DNA from: Capsulimonadales bacterium
GTDB taxonomy: Bacteria; Armatimonadota; Armatimonadia; Armatimonadales; Armatimonadaceae
Reading direction: 5' to 3'
Assembly (NCBI GenBank): GCA_033762295.1
Contig: JANRLW010000062.1
Coordinates: 16,446-80,445 of the forward strand
DNA length: 64,000 nucleotides
The translations under genes and the position numbers were made by a program. Below, in pieces: positions 19,291 through 27,572 of the stretch. Below the pieces are notes generated by a model, which saw nothing but the letters and a program-made list of their open reading frames with translations, had not been told where the DNA came from and made no database searches. Position 1 is the first letter of the stretch. Each line of letters begins with the position of its first letter.

Positions 19291-19524
19291 ATGCACAACG
19301 CGCCGCCGGTCCTGCCTCCGACCCGCCAATGGATCAAAGATATCCTGTCGGCGGTCGCTTTCCTTGCGCTGGCCTTTGCGCTGGGGAAAGCGGCATGGCG
19401 AACTCTGGGTCCGTTTGGCGGCGTCTTTTTTCTGGCCGTCTCCCTGGGTTTGAGCTGGCTTTTCGCCCGTGCGGCATGGCGCGGTCTGTTGACCGGTCGT
19501 TCGGAACGCGGCCCGCGCCGCTAA
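19291..19524 (+). CDS. Small two-TM membrane protein
   Basis: Two hydrophobic helices; TACAAT 5 nt before the ATG. Confidence 0.6.
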   Translation: MHNAPPVLPPTRQWIKDILSAVAFLALAFALGKAAWRTLGPFGGVFFLAVSLGLSWLFARAAWRGLLTGRSERGPRR

Positions 19525-19529
19525 CCCCT

Positions 19530-21077
19530 TCAGGGAACGCTGATGTTGATGGCGGCCCGGCTTGGCTTCTCGCCCGGAAGTCGCTGCAGGACTTCCAGCG
19601 TGACGGTATCGCCCGGTTTCGTCTTCGCTATCACCTGATCCAGTCCGGCGCTGGTACTGATCGGCGTGCCGTTGATTCCGACAATGACGCTGCCGGTGAT
19701 CAAGCCTTCCTGTTGCGCCAACCCGCCCGGTGTCACGGACCTTACCAGCAGTCCCTTGATACCGGCCGGCAGTCGTCGTTGGGTGACCATCTCCGTCGTC
19801 AGGGGAGCCGCTTCGAAGCCCAGTTCCACCAGTTGGCGCGCGGGATCGTTCTCCACGGCGGTCCGGGGCGTCGTATCCTCCCGTCGCTCCCCGAGAATCG
19901 CGGTGATCTTTTCCTCCTGACCGCGTCGCAAAACGGACAGTAGCACCCGGGTTCCGGGCGCGGTCATCGCAATCGCTTCCCGAAGGTCGTTCTCGCTGGT
20001 AATGGGACGGGTGTTAAACGCGGTGATGACATCCTCCACCCGCAACCCTGCTTTATACGCCGGTCCGTCCTCCGGAATCTCCTTGATATACGCGCCGTTG
20101 TTGGTTCCGAGACGCCGTCGAAGTCCGGGCGGAACGTCGTCCGGAACGACTCCGAGCGATCCGCGTACCACTTTTCCCTGGGCGATCAACTGATCCGCCA
20201 CCATTTTGGCGGTGTTGGCCGGAATCGCGTAACCGATCCCCAGACTGGTGCCGGTCGGTGAGTAGATGGCGACATTGATACCGATCAGTTCCCCGTGGAT
20301 GTTCAGCAGCGGACCGCCGGAGTTGCCGGGATTGATCGAGGCATCGGTCTGAATCAGGTTGGGATACAGGCGCGTATCCCCGCTGTCGCCGATCATTCGC
20401 TTTCGGTGGAGCGCGGAGACGATACCCGTCGTCACCGTGTTCTGCTGTCCGAACGGCGAACCGATCGCTACCGCCCATTGCCCCACACGCACCTTGCCGG
20501 AATCGCCGATCCGGATGAACGGCAACGGTTTTTCCGGCTGAATCCGCACCACCGCCAGGTCCGACGTAAAATCACGTAGCACCTTGCCCTTGTAAACGGT
20601 TCCGTCGGCCAGGGTAACCGTGACGGTCCGGTTGCGAGCGCTTTCGGTAATGTGGTCGTTGGTCAAAATGTAACCATCCGGGCGGATAATCACGCCGGAA
20701 CCGGTCGCGGTCGCGGACCGTGGGGAACGGCGAAAGGGATTGGCATTGGGACCGAACAGATCGTCGAGGGGATCGCTGTCATTGTCCGGCGTGGACGGTG
20801 AAGGTTTCACCCGTGGCCTGGCCTCCGGGTTCGAACGACGCGGTTCGGGAAGTGTTTCCGAGGCGGAGATCGATACGGTCGCCGGCCCGACGGTTTCGGC
20901 GACGTGCATGAACGCTCCTTCCAGCGACGTCGCAACGTTCAACTGGCTCGTGGTCAGCGCGGACGTCTCCTGCGCGACGACGGAACGACTGCCCAGCGGC
21001 AACAGGAGAGCGCCGGAGGCGAAGCCAACCACTCCCACGGAGACGATGCCCCATCTCAAACGACCGTTGTTCGGCAT
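19530..21077 (-). CDS. htrA: HtrA/DegP (Do-family) serine protease with two PDZ domains
   Basis: GSGVII, LTNDH, SDLAV, QTDASINPGNSGGPL; N-terminal signal/TM. Confidence 0.93.
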   Translation of the reverse strand: MPNNGRLRWGIVSVGVVGFASGALLLPLGSRSVVAQETSALTTSQLNVATSLEGAFMHVAETVGPATVSISASETLPEPRRSNPEARPRVKPSPSTPDNDSDPLDDLFGPNANPFRRSPRSATATGSGVIIRPDGYILTNDHITESARNRTVTVTLADGTVYKGKVLRDFTSDLAVVRIQPEKPLPFIRIGDSGKVRVGQWAVAIGSPFGQQNTVTTGIVSALHRKRMIGDSGDTRLYPNLIQTDASINPGNSGGPLLNIHGELIGINVAIYSPTGTSLGIGYAIPANTAKMVADQLIAQGKVVRGSLGVVPDDVPPGLRRRLGTNNGAYIKEIPEDGPAYKAGLRVEDVITAFNTRPITSENDLREAIAMTAPGTRVLLSVLRRGQEEKITAILGERREDTTPRTAVENDPARQLVELGFEAAPLTTEMVTQRRLPAGIKGLLVRSVTPGGLAQQEGLITGSVIVGINGTPISTSAGLDQVIAKTKPGDTVTLEVLQRLPGEKPSRAAINISVP

Positions 21078-21170
21078 TTCCTACTCCTCCCGAAACCCGG
21101 GCGTCGGGCGATGGACGCGGACGCCGGAATCACTACCCTTATGTACACTTTATGAACGAAATTGTAGCCG

Positions 21171-21199
21171 AAAAAACAAAAAGCAGGGCGAAGCCTGCT
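21171..21199 (-). terminator. Intrinsic terminator between anti-sigma gene and htrA
   Basis: Minus strand AGCAGG-cttcgc-CCTGCT followed by TTTTGTTTTTT. Confidence 0.6.
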
Positions 21200-21277
21200 C
21201 CGTTCCCTGCCATCGACCCGGTATCCGTCGGGAGGTCAGGGGGACGACGATCCGGGTCGCCGCCCCCGCCTCTCACC

Positions 21278-22075
21278 CTATCGCCACATCACATCCACTG
21301 TGCTTCGCTCCGATGGCATCATACCGGGGATGCCGTACGCCACCGGGGAGATCCCGTCGCGGCCCGACGCGTTCCCGGATCGCGGCGACGCGGTCCGGTA
21401 CAGCGGCATGGCGATGTCGGCAGGCATCCCCTCCATCCGAAGGTCCGCCGTGCCGTCGGACCCGGAGTTGCGATCGACCGCCGAGCGTTCCGCCAGCCGA
21501 CCGAAATTCGTGGGGAAAAGCGACGAACGGACGCTTTCGGCCGTCAGGGAAACGCGTCGGCGGGCCGCCCGGACGATCCTCCCATCCGCCGTCAACGCCA
21601 GAATCGTGACCGAGGCGGGCATTGTCGCCATCGTAACGGGCATTGACGTTACGGGCGGCACGGTAGACACCAGCACCGGCGTCATGCTGACCGGAGTCAT
21701 GGTACCGACGACCGGTTCGTAGCCGACCGGCAGACCGCTCCGGCGCCAGTCTCGCGGCCCATCGAGCGAGGTCGTCGCCAGCCACAGTCCGGCCAGCGAC
21801 AAAACCGCCGTCGCCAGCATCGGGTGTCGGCTCCGCCCGTTCGAGCGTTGTTCCCGAACTTCCGCCTCCGCATCGGCCAGAAGACGGGCGATCTCGTCGC
21901 GCGGAACACGATTTGCCAGCGAAGCCACCGCGTGCTTCGTTCGTAACAACGTTTCATGCTCCAGGCGACAGGAGGAACAGAAAGTGAGATGCTCCCGCAC
22001 CGCCCTCATGTCACCCTCCGGCAGTTCCGCGTCGATAAACGCGGAAAGAAGAGAGTTTACCTTTCGGCAGTTCAC
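21278..22075 (-). CDS. Zinc-binding (zf-HC2) transmembrane anti-sigma factor
   Basis: MNC...LLSAFIDAEL...HLTFCSSC (HxxxCxxC) plus one TM helix. Confidence 0.88.
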   Translation of the reverse strand: MNCRKVNSLLSAFIDAELPEGDMRAVREHLTFCSSCRLEHETLLRTKHAVASLANRVPRDEIARLLADAEAEVREQRSNGRSRHPMLATAVLSLAGLWLATTSLDGPRDWRRSGLPVGYEPVVGTMTPVSMTPVLVSTVPPVTSMPVTMATMPASVTILALTADGRIVRAARRRVSLTAESVRSSLFPTNFGRLAERSAVDRNSGSDGTADLRMEGMPADIAMPLYRTASPRSGNASGRDGISPVAYGIPGMMPSERSTVDVMWR

Positions 22076-22127
22076 GTCGTACCCCTCAATTCACCGGATC
22101 GCTCCGGCGACTCAAAACATTTCAAGG

Positions 22128-22718
22128 CTACTTGATCCCGAAACCGGCCAGTTTCGATCGCAACAGCTTCCGTCCTCGATGCAGACGAGACCGTACCGTT
22201 CCCAGAGAACAGTTCATGGCCGCACTGATCTCCTCGTAGGACATTCCTTCGATATCGGCCAGGATGACCGTCGTTCGGAAGTCGGCCGGCAGTTGCGCCA
22301 GCGCCTTCTGAATCTGCTCATCCAGCTCCTCATGCAGGACGACACGCTCCGGATTTTCTCGCGTATCCGGAATCTCAAAGAACGCGTTGCCCTCTCCCGA
22401 CGAATCCGTACTTACCGGCGCATCCAGAGAATGAATCCGGGCCTTCGGTTTTCGGCGCAGATCATCCACGAACAGATTGGAGATAATCCGGTAAAGCCAG
22501 TTCTCGAACGGGAGGTCACGGCGATAGTTGTCGAAGAACCGAAACGCTCGGACAAACGCTTCCTGGGTCAGGTCCTCTGCGTCGGCGTGATTGCCCGTCA
22601 AGCGATAGGCAATGTTGTACGCCTGCTTATGGTATTTCCGGACCAGATTGTCGAACTCCCGTTTCGGCCTCGTTGCCATCCGCCCGACGATCATTCCCAG
22701 GCTATTCGCATCGGTCAT
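22128..22718 (-). CDS. ECF sigma-70 family RNA polymerase sigma factor
   Basis: DAEDLTQEAF, WLYRI, GMSYEEIS...GTVRSRLHRGR. Confidence 0.95.
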   Translation of the reverse strand: MTDANSLGMIVGRMATRPKREFDNLVRKYHKQAYNIAYRLTGNHADAEDLTQEAFVRAFRFFDNYRRDLPFENWLYRIISNLFVDDLRRKPKARIHSLDAPVSTDSSGEGNAFFEIPDTRENPERVVLHEELDEQIQKALAQLPADFRTTVILADIEGMSYEEISAAMNCSLGTVRSRLHRGRKLLRSKLAGFGIK

Positions 22719-22858
22719 TTAAAAAATCCGCCTCCCTACGTCACTTTACGAAAGACAGGCCGTCCGTCGTTCCCATGGCGACGAATCCCTTCGTCACATT
22801 TTTCCGGGTCACTTCGGCCGATCCCCTTTTTCTGATCCACCATCCGCTGTTACTATTA

Positions 22859-22886
22859 CAGACACAATTTTCAGCAGAAAAGTTCA
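22859..22886 (-). promoter_or_regulatory. Candidate ECF (autoregulatory) promoter
   Basis: TGAACTTTTCTGCTGAAAATTGTGTCTG upstream of the ECF sigma gene. Confidence 0.6.
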
Positions 22887-22935
22887 CCGTATCTCTGATT
22901 ATCGTCCCATCGTCGCCGGTTCCCTATTGGAATTC

Positions 22936-23691
22936 TTACAGGATGGCCAGGCCGCCGTCGGGCGCGAGATTCGCCCCGGTTACAAAGTCCGCCAGCGGCG
23001 AACAGAAGTACAGGACCGCATTGGCCACATCCTCCGGTTCGGCCAGCCGTCGCAAGGGAGTCCGGTCTCGAACCGCCGCTCGCTCCTCCTCCGGAAGTGA
23101 CTGCGAGTACTCCGTCAGGGTCATACCGGGCGACACGGCGTTGACCGTTACCCCGCGCGGCCCGACCTCCCGCGCCAGCGTGCGCGTGAACGCCAGCACG
23201 GCGGCTTTCGCCATGGCATGCGCGCCATAGGTCGGTGCGGGACGCTGCAAAAGCGTCGCCGAAAGATTGACGATCTTTCCATGCCCCTGGGCGGTCAGAA
23301 TCGGGAGCGCCGCCCGCGTGACGGTGAACACCGGCTTGACCACCGCCTGCCACTCCTCGTCCAGATCGCTCCAGTCGGAGTCCTCCAACCGTTTCGCCGG
23401 ACCGAACCCCGCCGCGTTGTTCACCACAATTTCCAGACCGCCAAGTTCCGCGACGGTCGATGCCACCAGCGCGTCGGACTGCGCCCGGTCTCGCAGGTCG
23501 GCGGACAGAACCACCGCCTTCCCCCCGAACTCCGCGATCCGCCGGGCAGTCGCGTCCGCCCCGTCCCGCGACGAGCGATACGCCAGCGCGACCGCCGCTC
23601 CCTCCTCGGCCAGTCGCAACGCGATGACCGGGCCGACCCCGCGCCCCGCCCCGGTTACCAGCGCCCGCATTCCGTTCAGCAACGACGGCAT
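22936..23691 (-). CDS. SDR-family (FabG-like) oxidoreductase
   Basis: TGAGRGVG, NNAAG; catalytic YxxxK position reads HAMAK. Confidence 0.88.
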   Translation of the reverse strand: MPSLLNGMRALVTGAGRGVGPVIALRLAEEGAAVALAYRSSRDGADATARRIAEFGGKAVVLSADLRDRAQSDALVASTVAELGGLEIVVNNAAGFGPAKRLEDSDWSDLDEEWQAVVKPVFTVTRAALPILTAQGHGKIVNLSATLLQRPAPTYGAHAMAKAAVLAFTRTLAREVGPRGVTVNAVSPGMTLTEYSQSLPEEERAAVRDRTPLRRLAEPEDVANAVLYFCSPLADFVTGANLAPDGGLAIL

Positions 23692-23761
23692 CCTGTTTTG
23701 ACCTCTTCCACCGGGCAGCCTTCAACCGTCCCGATACGCTCTCCCCGCTCCTCTTTCAACG

Positions 23762-23800
23762 TCGGCAACCGGAGGTCGGTTCCCCACCTCCGGCTGCCGA
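23762..23800. terminator. Strong hairpin, possible terminator
   Basis: TCGGCAACCGGAGGT / ACCTCCGGCTGCCGA inverted repeat with one mismatch. Confidence 0.45.
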
Positions 23801-23834
23801 ACCCACACCCCGATACCGGGCCAACCCGGCAGGA

Positions 23835-24866
23835 TCAATCCCAGTTCAGCGAAAACCGATAATCGCCCCGGCCCGCTTCGGGATCGGAAATCCGGATCAC
23901 CGCCGTATAGCCGTTCCGGGCGCTCGGCTGCTCCACCAGTTGAATCCGACCACGTCCCTCGGTACCCACGAGCGAGACACGCACCGGACGCGAGGGCAGG
24001 CTCCGTCGAAAGGACGACCGCATATCGACGATCGGGCGCCCGCCGGTCGATTCCGCCTGAATATTGGCTCCTCGAACGTACAGCACCACCCCCTGATCGA
24101 CACTCCCGCTCCAGCGAACCAGTCCGTTCTCGCGATCAAACCGGGAATCGCGATCGTTACGGGGACGATCATCATCCCGATCCCATCGGTCCCGATCCCT
24201 TCGATCTCGATCCCATCGGTCCCGGTTCCATCCGTCCCGGTCCCATCCGTCCCTATCCAAACGATCCCAACGATCCCGTGGCGCGCCGCCGTTATCGCGA
24301 CGATCCGGGTACCAGGGACCGTTTCCGAACCCGTCACGACGGAAAGAAAACGGACCGTCCTTTCCGTACATGCCCGGATTATTGGTGCTCAGCCGCAGAC
24401 GACGCTCCTCGATTCGTCCGGTGAACCGCGCGTTATCCCGACGCCCGGCGATGTCACTCAGCTGGATCGTGAGCGCATTGCCGTCCCCGCTCCAGGTGCC
24501 CGTATGCGTGACCCGTCGATCCCGTTCCAGGTAGACATACAGGAGGGAGCCGAAATCGTCGTCGGTCCGTCGGTCCCGCCGATAACGGCCGGATCGTTCC
24601 GCTTCCAGGACCGCGCGTCCGTCCTCACGCAAAACCAGCCGGTAACGGATCTCCCCTTCGCCGTACCCGGAGATCGACCGGGTCAAACTCCAGACCCCTC
24701 GCACCTCGTCACGATCCCGATAATCCCGATAATCCCGATCCCGCGCGTCGTAGGACCGGTCGCGGGGAGAAACATCGACCTGAGCGCGAACCGGCGGGGC
24801 GAAGACCGGAACCGTCAGGGCGAAAGCCAGCGCGAACCACGGCGTTCGCCGCAAAAACATCCTCAT
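23835..24866 (-). CDS. Secreted hypothetical protein with Arg/Asp/Trp-rich repeats
   Basis: Signal peptide ending VRA-Q; DRWDR/DGWDR repeats; ordered C-terminal domain. Confidence 0.8.
   Translation of the reverse strand: MRMFLRRTPWFALAFALTVPVFAPPVRAQVDVSPRDRSYDARDRDYRDYRDRDEVRGVWSLTRSISGYGEGEIRYRLVLREDGRAVLEAERSGRYRRDRRTDDDFGSLLYVYLERDRRVTHTGTWSGDGNALTIQLSDIAGRRDNARFTGRIEERRLRLSTNNPGMYGKDGPFSFRRDGFGNGPWYPDRRDNGGAPRDRWDRLDRDGWDRDGWNRDRWDRDRRDRDRWDRDDDRPRNDRDSRFDRENGLVRWSGSVDQGVVLYVRGANIQAESTGGRPIVDMRSSFRRSLPSRPVRVSLVGTEGRGRIQLVEQPSARNGYTAVIRISDPEAGRGDYRFSLNWD
24170..24280 (-). repeat. Degenerate 15-nt coding tandem repeat ((D)R/GWDR)
   Basis: Repeated tcccatcggtcccg / tcccatccgtccc units on the plus strand. 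Confidence 0.8.
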
Positions 24867-25029
24867 TGCAAAAACCCTTTCTCCGACACAGCACGACTGT
24901 TACGCTTCTACGAACCGCCGGTATCCTCCGGCGCATTTTCTCTGACAACAAACCGGGGCAAACGGTGCGGCTTCCTTGTTCGACCGCATGACTCGGGCCG
25001 TTCTCCGCCGAATTGCGAACGGCCAGCCC

Positions 25030-25057
25030 TTGCCTACGGCGATATTCGTGGTATAGT
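25030..25057 (+). promoter_or_regulatory. Sigma70 promoter of tRNA-Arg
   Basis: TTGCCT-N16-TATAGT with extended -10 TG. Confidence 0.7.
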
Positions 25058-25075
25058 GAGTTTCGTTCGAAATGG

Positions 25076-25149
25076 GCACCCGTAGCTCAGCGGATTAGAG
25101 CATCAGGTTGCGGTCCTGGAGGTCAGGGGTTCGAGTCCCTTCGGGTGCG
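25076..25149 (+). tRNA. tRNA-Arg(GCG)
   Basis: Acceptor GCACCCG/CGGGTGC; anticodon arm TCAGG-TT GCG GT-CCTGG; GGTTCGAGTCC T-loop. Confidence 0.93.
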
Positions 25150-25158
25150 TGTGAAGCA

Positions 25159-25195
25159 CAATCGGCGCGGTTCAAAACCGCGCCGATTGCTTTTC
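25159..25195 (+). terminator. Terminator after tRNA-Arg, possibly bidirectional
   Basis: CAATCGGCGCGGTT-caa-AACCGCGCCGATTG followed by CTTTTC. Confidence 0.8.
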
Positions 25196-25234
25196 TCTCC
25201 TCGTTCTCTCCGTCGAACCCCGGTCGCTGTCCTG

Positions 25235-25576
25235 TCAATCCCACCGGTCGCGACGGTCCTCGCGCAGTTCGCGATAGCCGCCGCGAATCTCCCGCCGTTC
25301 CTGCCGCGCGCGATCCCAGTCGTTCCGACGGACCGCATTTCTCAGCTGCTGCCGATCCCGGTCGATTCCCCGCAGGTCGCGGCGGATCTCCCGTCGATCC
25401 TGACGGTGATCCTGACGTCGATCCGAATCGTTGCTCCGCCAGCCCCCGATACGGCAATTCGCCTCCGAGCGTGTTCGGTTCGAATAGGTTTGCGCCTGCG
25501 CCGGTTGAACCGCCAGCCAGCCCAGGGTTGCGGCCACCAGAGTGACGGCGCCTAACGATTTGATTACCATTCCCAT
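25235..25576 (-). CDS. Small secreted Arg/Asp-rich helical protein
   Basis: Signal peptide ending AQA-Q; RQDRREIRRD repeats; GAGGAG RBS. Confidence 0.8.
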   Translation of the reverse strand: MGMVIKSLGAVTLVAATLGWLAVQPAQAQTYSNRTRSEANCRIGGWRSNDSDRRQDHRQDRREIRRDLRGIDRDRQQLRNAVRRNDWDRARQERREIRGGYRELREDRRDRWD

Positions 25577-25628
25577 CTGTGTGCTCCTCTCTCCCAACTT
25601 CGTCGAACCCCGCAGGGTTCTGTTTATG

Positions 25629-25655
25629 TAGACGCGTGTCCCAGCGAAAAGTTCA
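25629..25655 (-). promoter_or_regulatory. Candidate ECF sigma promoter
   Basis: TGAACTTTTCGCTGGGACACGCGTCTA (TGAAC-N16-CGTC). Confidence 0.65.
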
Positions 25656-25663
25656 TCCCTCCC

Positions 25664-26545
25664 CTACGGCAACGCGCCGAGGTGTTCGGAAAACCATTCC
25701 GCCAGCAACGGTATCTCGTTCTCGATTCCCGCCCAACCGTGCCCCTTGCCCTCGCGGACGATCAGTTTGTTCGGCACACGAAGCTCTTTCAGACGGTCGA
25801 TCACCGTCCTCGACTGCTGGATCGGCACCAGCGTATCGGCGTCCCCGTGAATGATCAGGGTCGGAGGCGATCCTCCGGAAAGGCCGTAAACGGGCGAAAG
25901 GGTTCGGGCGATCCGTTCCCGTTCGGCGTCGGTCGGTGTGGCGGACATCGCGAAAACGTGCCGGAACGGCTTCAACGGTTCATAGGACAATGCGTTACGC
26001 CCCTTCTCTCCGTAATTGACAAAATCGGTCGGAGGAAAGAGGACCGCCACCGCCTGTACCTGGCTGCCGGCCCGGTCCACCGGGTCTTTCGCCCCCGAAT
26101 CGCCCGTCGCGCCGTAGGCCGCCATCATCAGGGAGAGATGTCCGCCCGCACTCGCGCCGCAGATCCCGAGCCGATTCGGCTTTACACCGTACTCGGACGC
26201 CTGCGACCGGATAAATCGGACGGCACGATGAATATCCTCCACGATCTCCGGCAACGTGAACTTCGGCTGACTCCCGTGCACGACCTGAAACACCGTCTGT
26301 CCGCGATCGGTAAAGTATTTGCTGAGCTGCGGATTGATGGCTTTATGGTCGGACACCCAGCCACCGCTCACCATCCAGATTACGCCGATTCCGTTGGGCT
26401 TGGCCGGCTTGAAGATGTCCATCGTCAGGGCGACGCCCATTTTGCGCCCGTAGACGACGTCGCGCAGGTGACGGGGTTCCTCCTGCGCCCGCGCGACCGC
26501 AACCCAGAGAAAAAGAAAGAGCACACCGCCCCAACGTTTCGTCAT
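25664..26545 (-). CDS. Secreted alpha/beta hydrolase (esterase/lipase)
   Basis: SGGW oxyanion region, GASAGG, HGDADTLV, GH. Confidence 0.88.
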   Translation of the reverse strand: MTKRWGGVLFLFLWVAVARAQEEPRHLRDVVYGRKMGVALTMDIFKPAKPNGIGVIWMVSGGWVSDHKAINPQLSKYFTDRGQTVFQVVHGSQPKFTLPEIVEDIHRAVRFIRSQASEYGVKPNRLGICGASAGGHLSLMMAAYGATGDSGAKDPVDRAGSQVQAVAVLFPPTDFVNYGEKGRNALSYEPLKPFRHVFAMSATPTDAERERIARTLSPVYGLSGGSPPTLIIHGDADTLVPIQQSRTVIDRLKELRVPNKLIVREGKGHGWAGIENEIPLLAEWFSEHLGALP

Positions 26546-26556
26546 CCTGGCCTCCG

Positions 26557-27510
26557 TTACGCCGCTTTCGAAAAATATCCCCCGTTGGGATCGGTACCGC
26601 CGTCCTCCGTTATCCGCCCGCTGAGCAGAAACTCCATCGGGATCGTCAAACGTTCCTGCCATGAACGTTCGCTATGCTCCGCGCCATCGAATTTTCGGGT
26701 GACCCAGTTCTCCGGAGTAAAACCTCTGGCCCGCATCAGGATATCGACGCTGTACTGGTGTGGTTCGTACAGGGCGTCCAGTGTGGCGGTGCCGAAATCG
26801 AAATAGACGCGACACCGGTCCGGGTCCGGAAGCCGGAGGTCCAGATAGCGCAAGAAGACATCCCGGAACTGAGAGTTATTCGGTTCGTGAACGATCGGCC
26901 AGTGCGTGGAGAGGCACGCCGCCGCGCCGAAGATATGCGGATACTCGCACAACGCATACAGGGAGATCAGTCCCCCCATGCTCGAACCGGAAATGAAGGT
27001 GTTGTCCCGATCCGGAAGTGTTCGATATGCGTCGTCGATCACCGGTTTGAGTTCCCCGGTCAGGAATCGCAGGTAGTCATCGGAATAGGAGTTCGGAAGG
27101 TAGTGCTGCTCCCGAAACCGCTCCCGATCCTGCGGCGAAAGGTATTCCAGCGGCTTGTTCGGGATGTACTCCATGAAGCGCAGGTCCGTGTTCCAGACCC
27201 CGACGACCAGGCACTCAGGCGCGCGGCCCTGTTCGATCAACCGGTGCAGGGCGCTATCGACTCCCCATGCCACCCCGGTGTAGGAGTAGTACGGATCGAA
27301 AAGATTCTGCCCGTCATGCATATACAGGACGGGATACCGCTTCTCCGGATTCTCCCGGTAACCGGGCGGCAGCCACACATCCACGTTACGAACCTTAACA
27401 TGCTCCGATTCGATATGCGGCAGACGTTCCAGCGTACCGATGCTCGGAATCGGCGGCTGCGTCACAAAACAGAGCGCGAAAAACGAAAGAAGTCGATCCC
27501 TATGGTCCAT
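26557..27510 (-). CDS. Alpha/beta hydrolase-fold esterase
   Basis: YPVLYMHDGQNLFD, GSSMGG, AEHSERSW; start uncertain. Confidence 0.88.
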   Translation of the reverse strand: MDHRDRLLSFFALCFVTQPPIPSIGTLERLPHIESEHVKVRNVDVWLPPGYRENPEKRYPVLYMHDGQNLFDPYYSYTGVAWGVDSALHRLIEQGRAPECLVVGVWNTDLRFMEYIPNKPLEYLSPQDRERFREQHYLPNSYSDDYLRFLTGELKPVIDDAYRTLPDRDNTFISGSSMGGLISLYALCEYPHIFGAAACLSTHWPIVHEPNNSQFRDVFLRYLDLRLPDPDRCRVYFDFGTATLDALYEPHQYSVDILMRARGFTPENWVTRKFDGAEHSERSWQERLTIPMEFLLSGRITEDGGTDPNGGYFSKAA

Positions 27511-27572
27511 AAAAGCGCTGTCCCCCCGGCGTCAGATAGATTGCTCGCGTGCTATTTTCACCCCAATGCATA

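Noticed and set aside
24170..24280. Possible CRISPR or non-coding repeat array
   Set aside because: No unique spacers; the repeats are in-frame coding for DRWDR, and no cas genes are present.
12594..25200. tRNA-anchored genomic island or prophage
   Set aside because: No integrase or phage genes, and no duplicated tRNA 3' end noticed at either tRNA.
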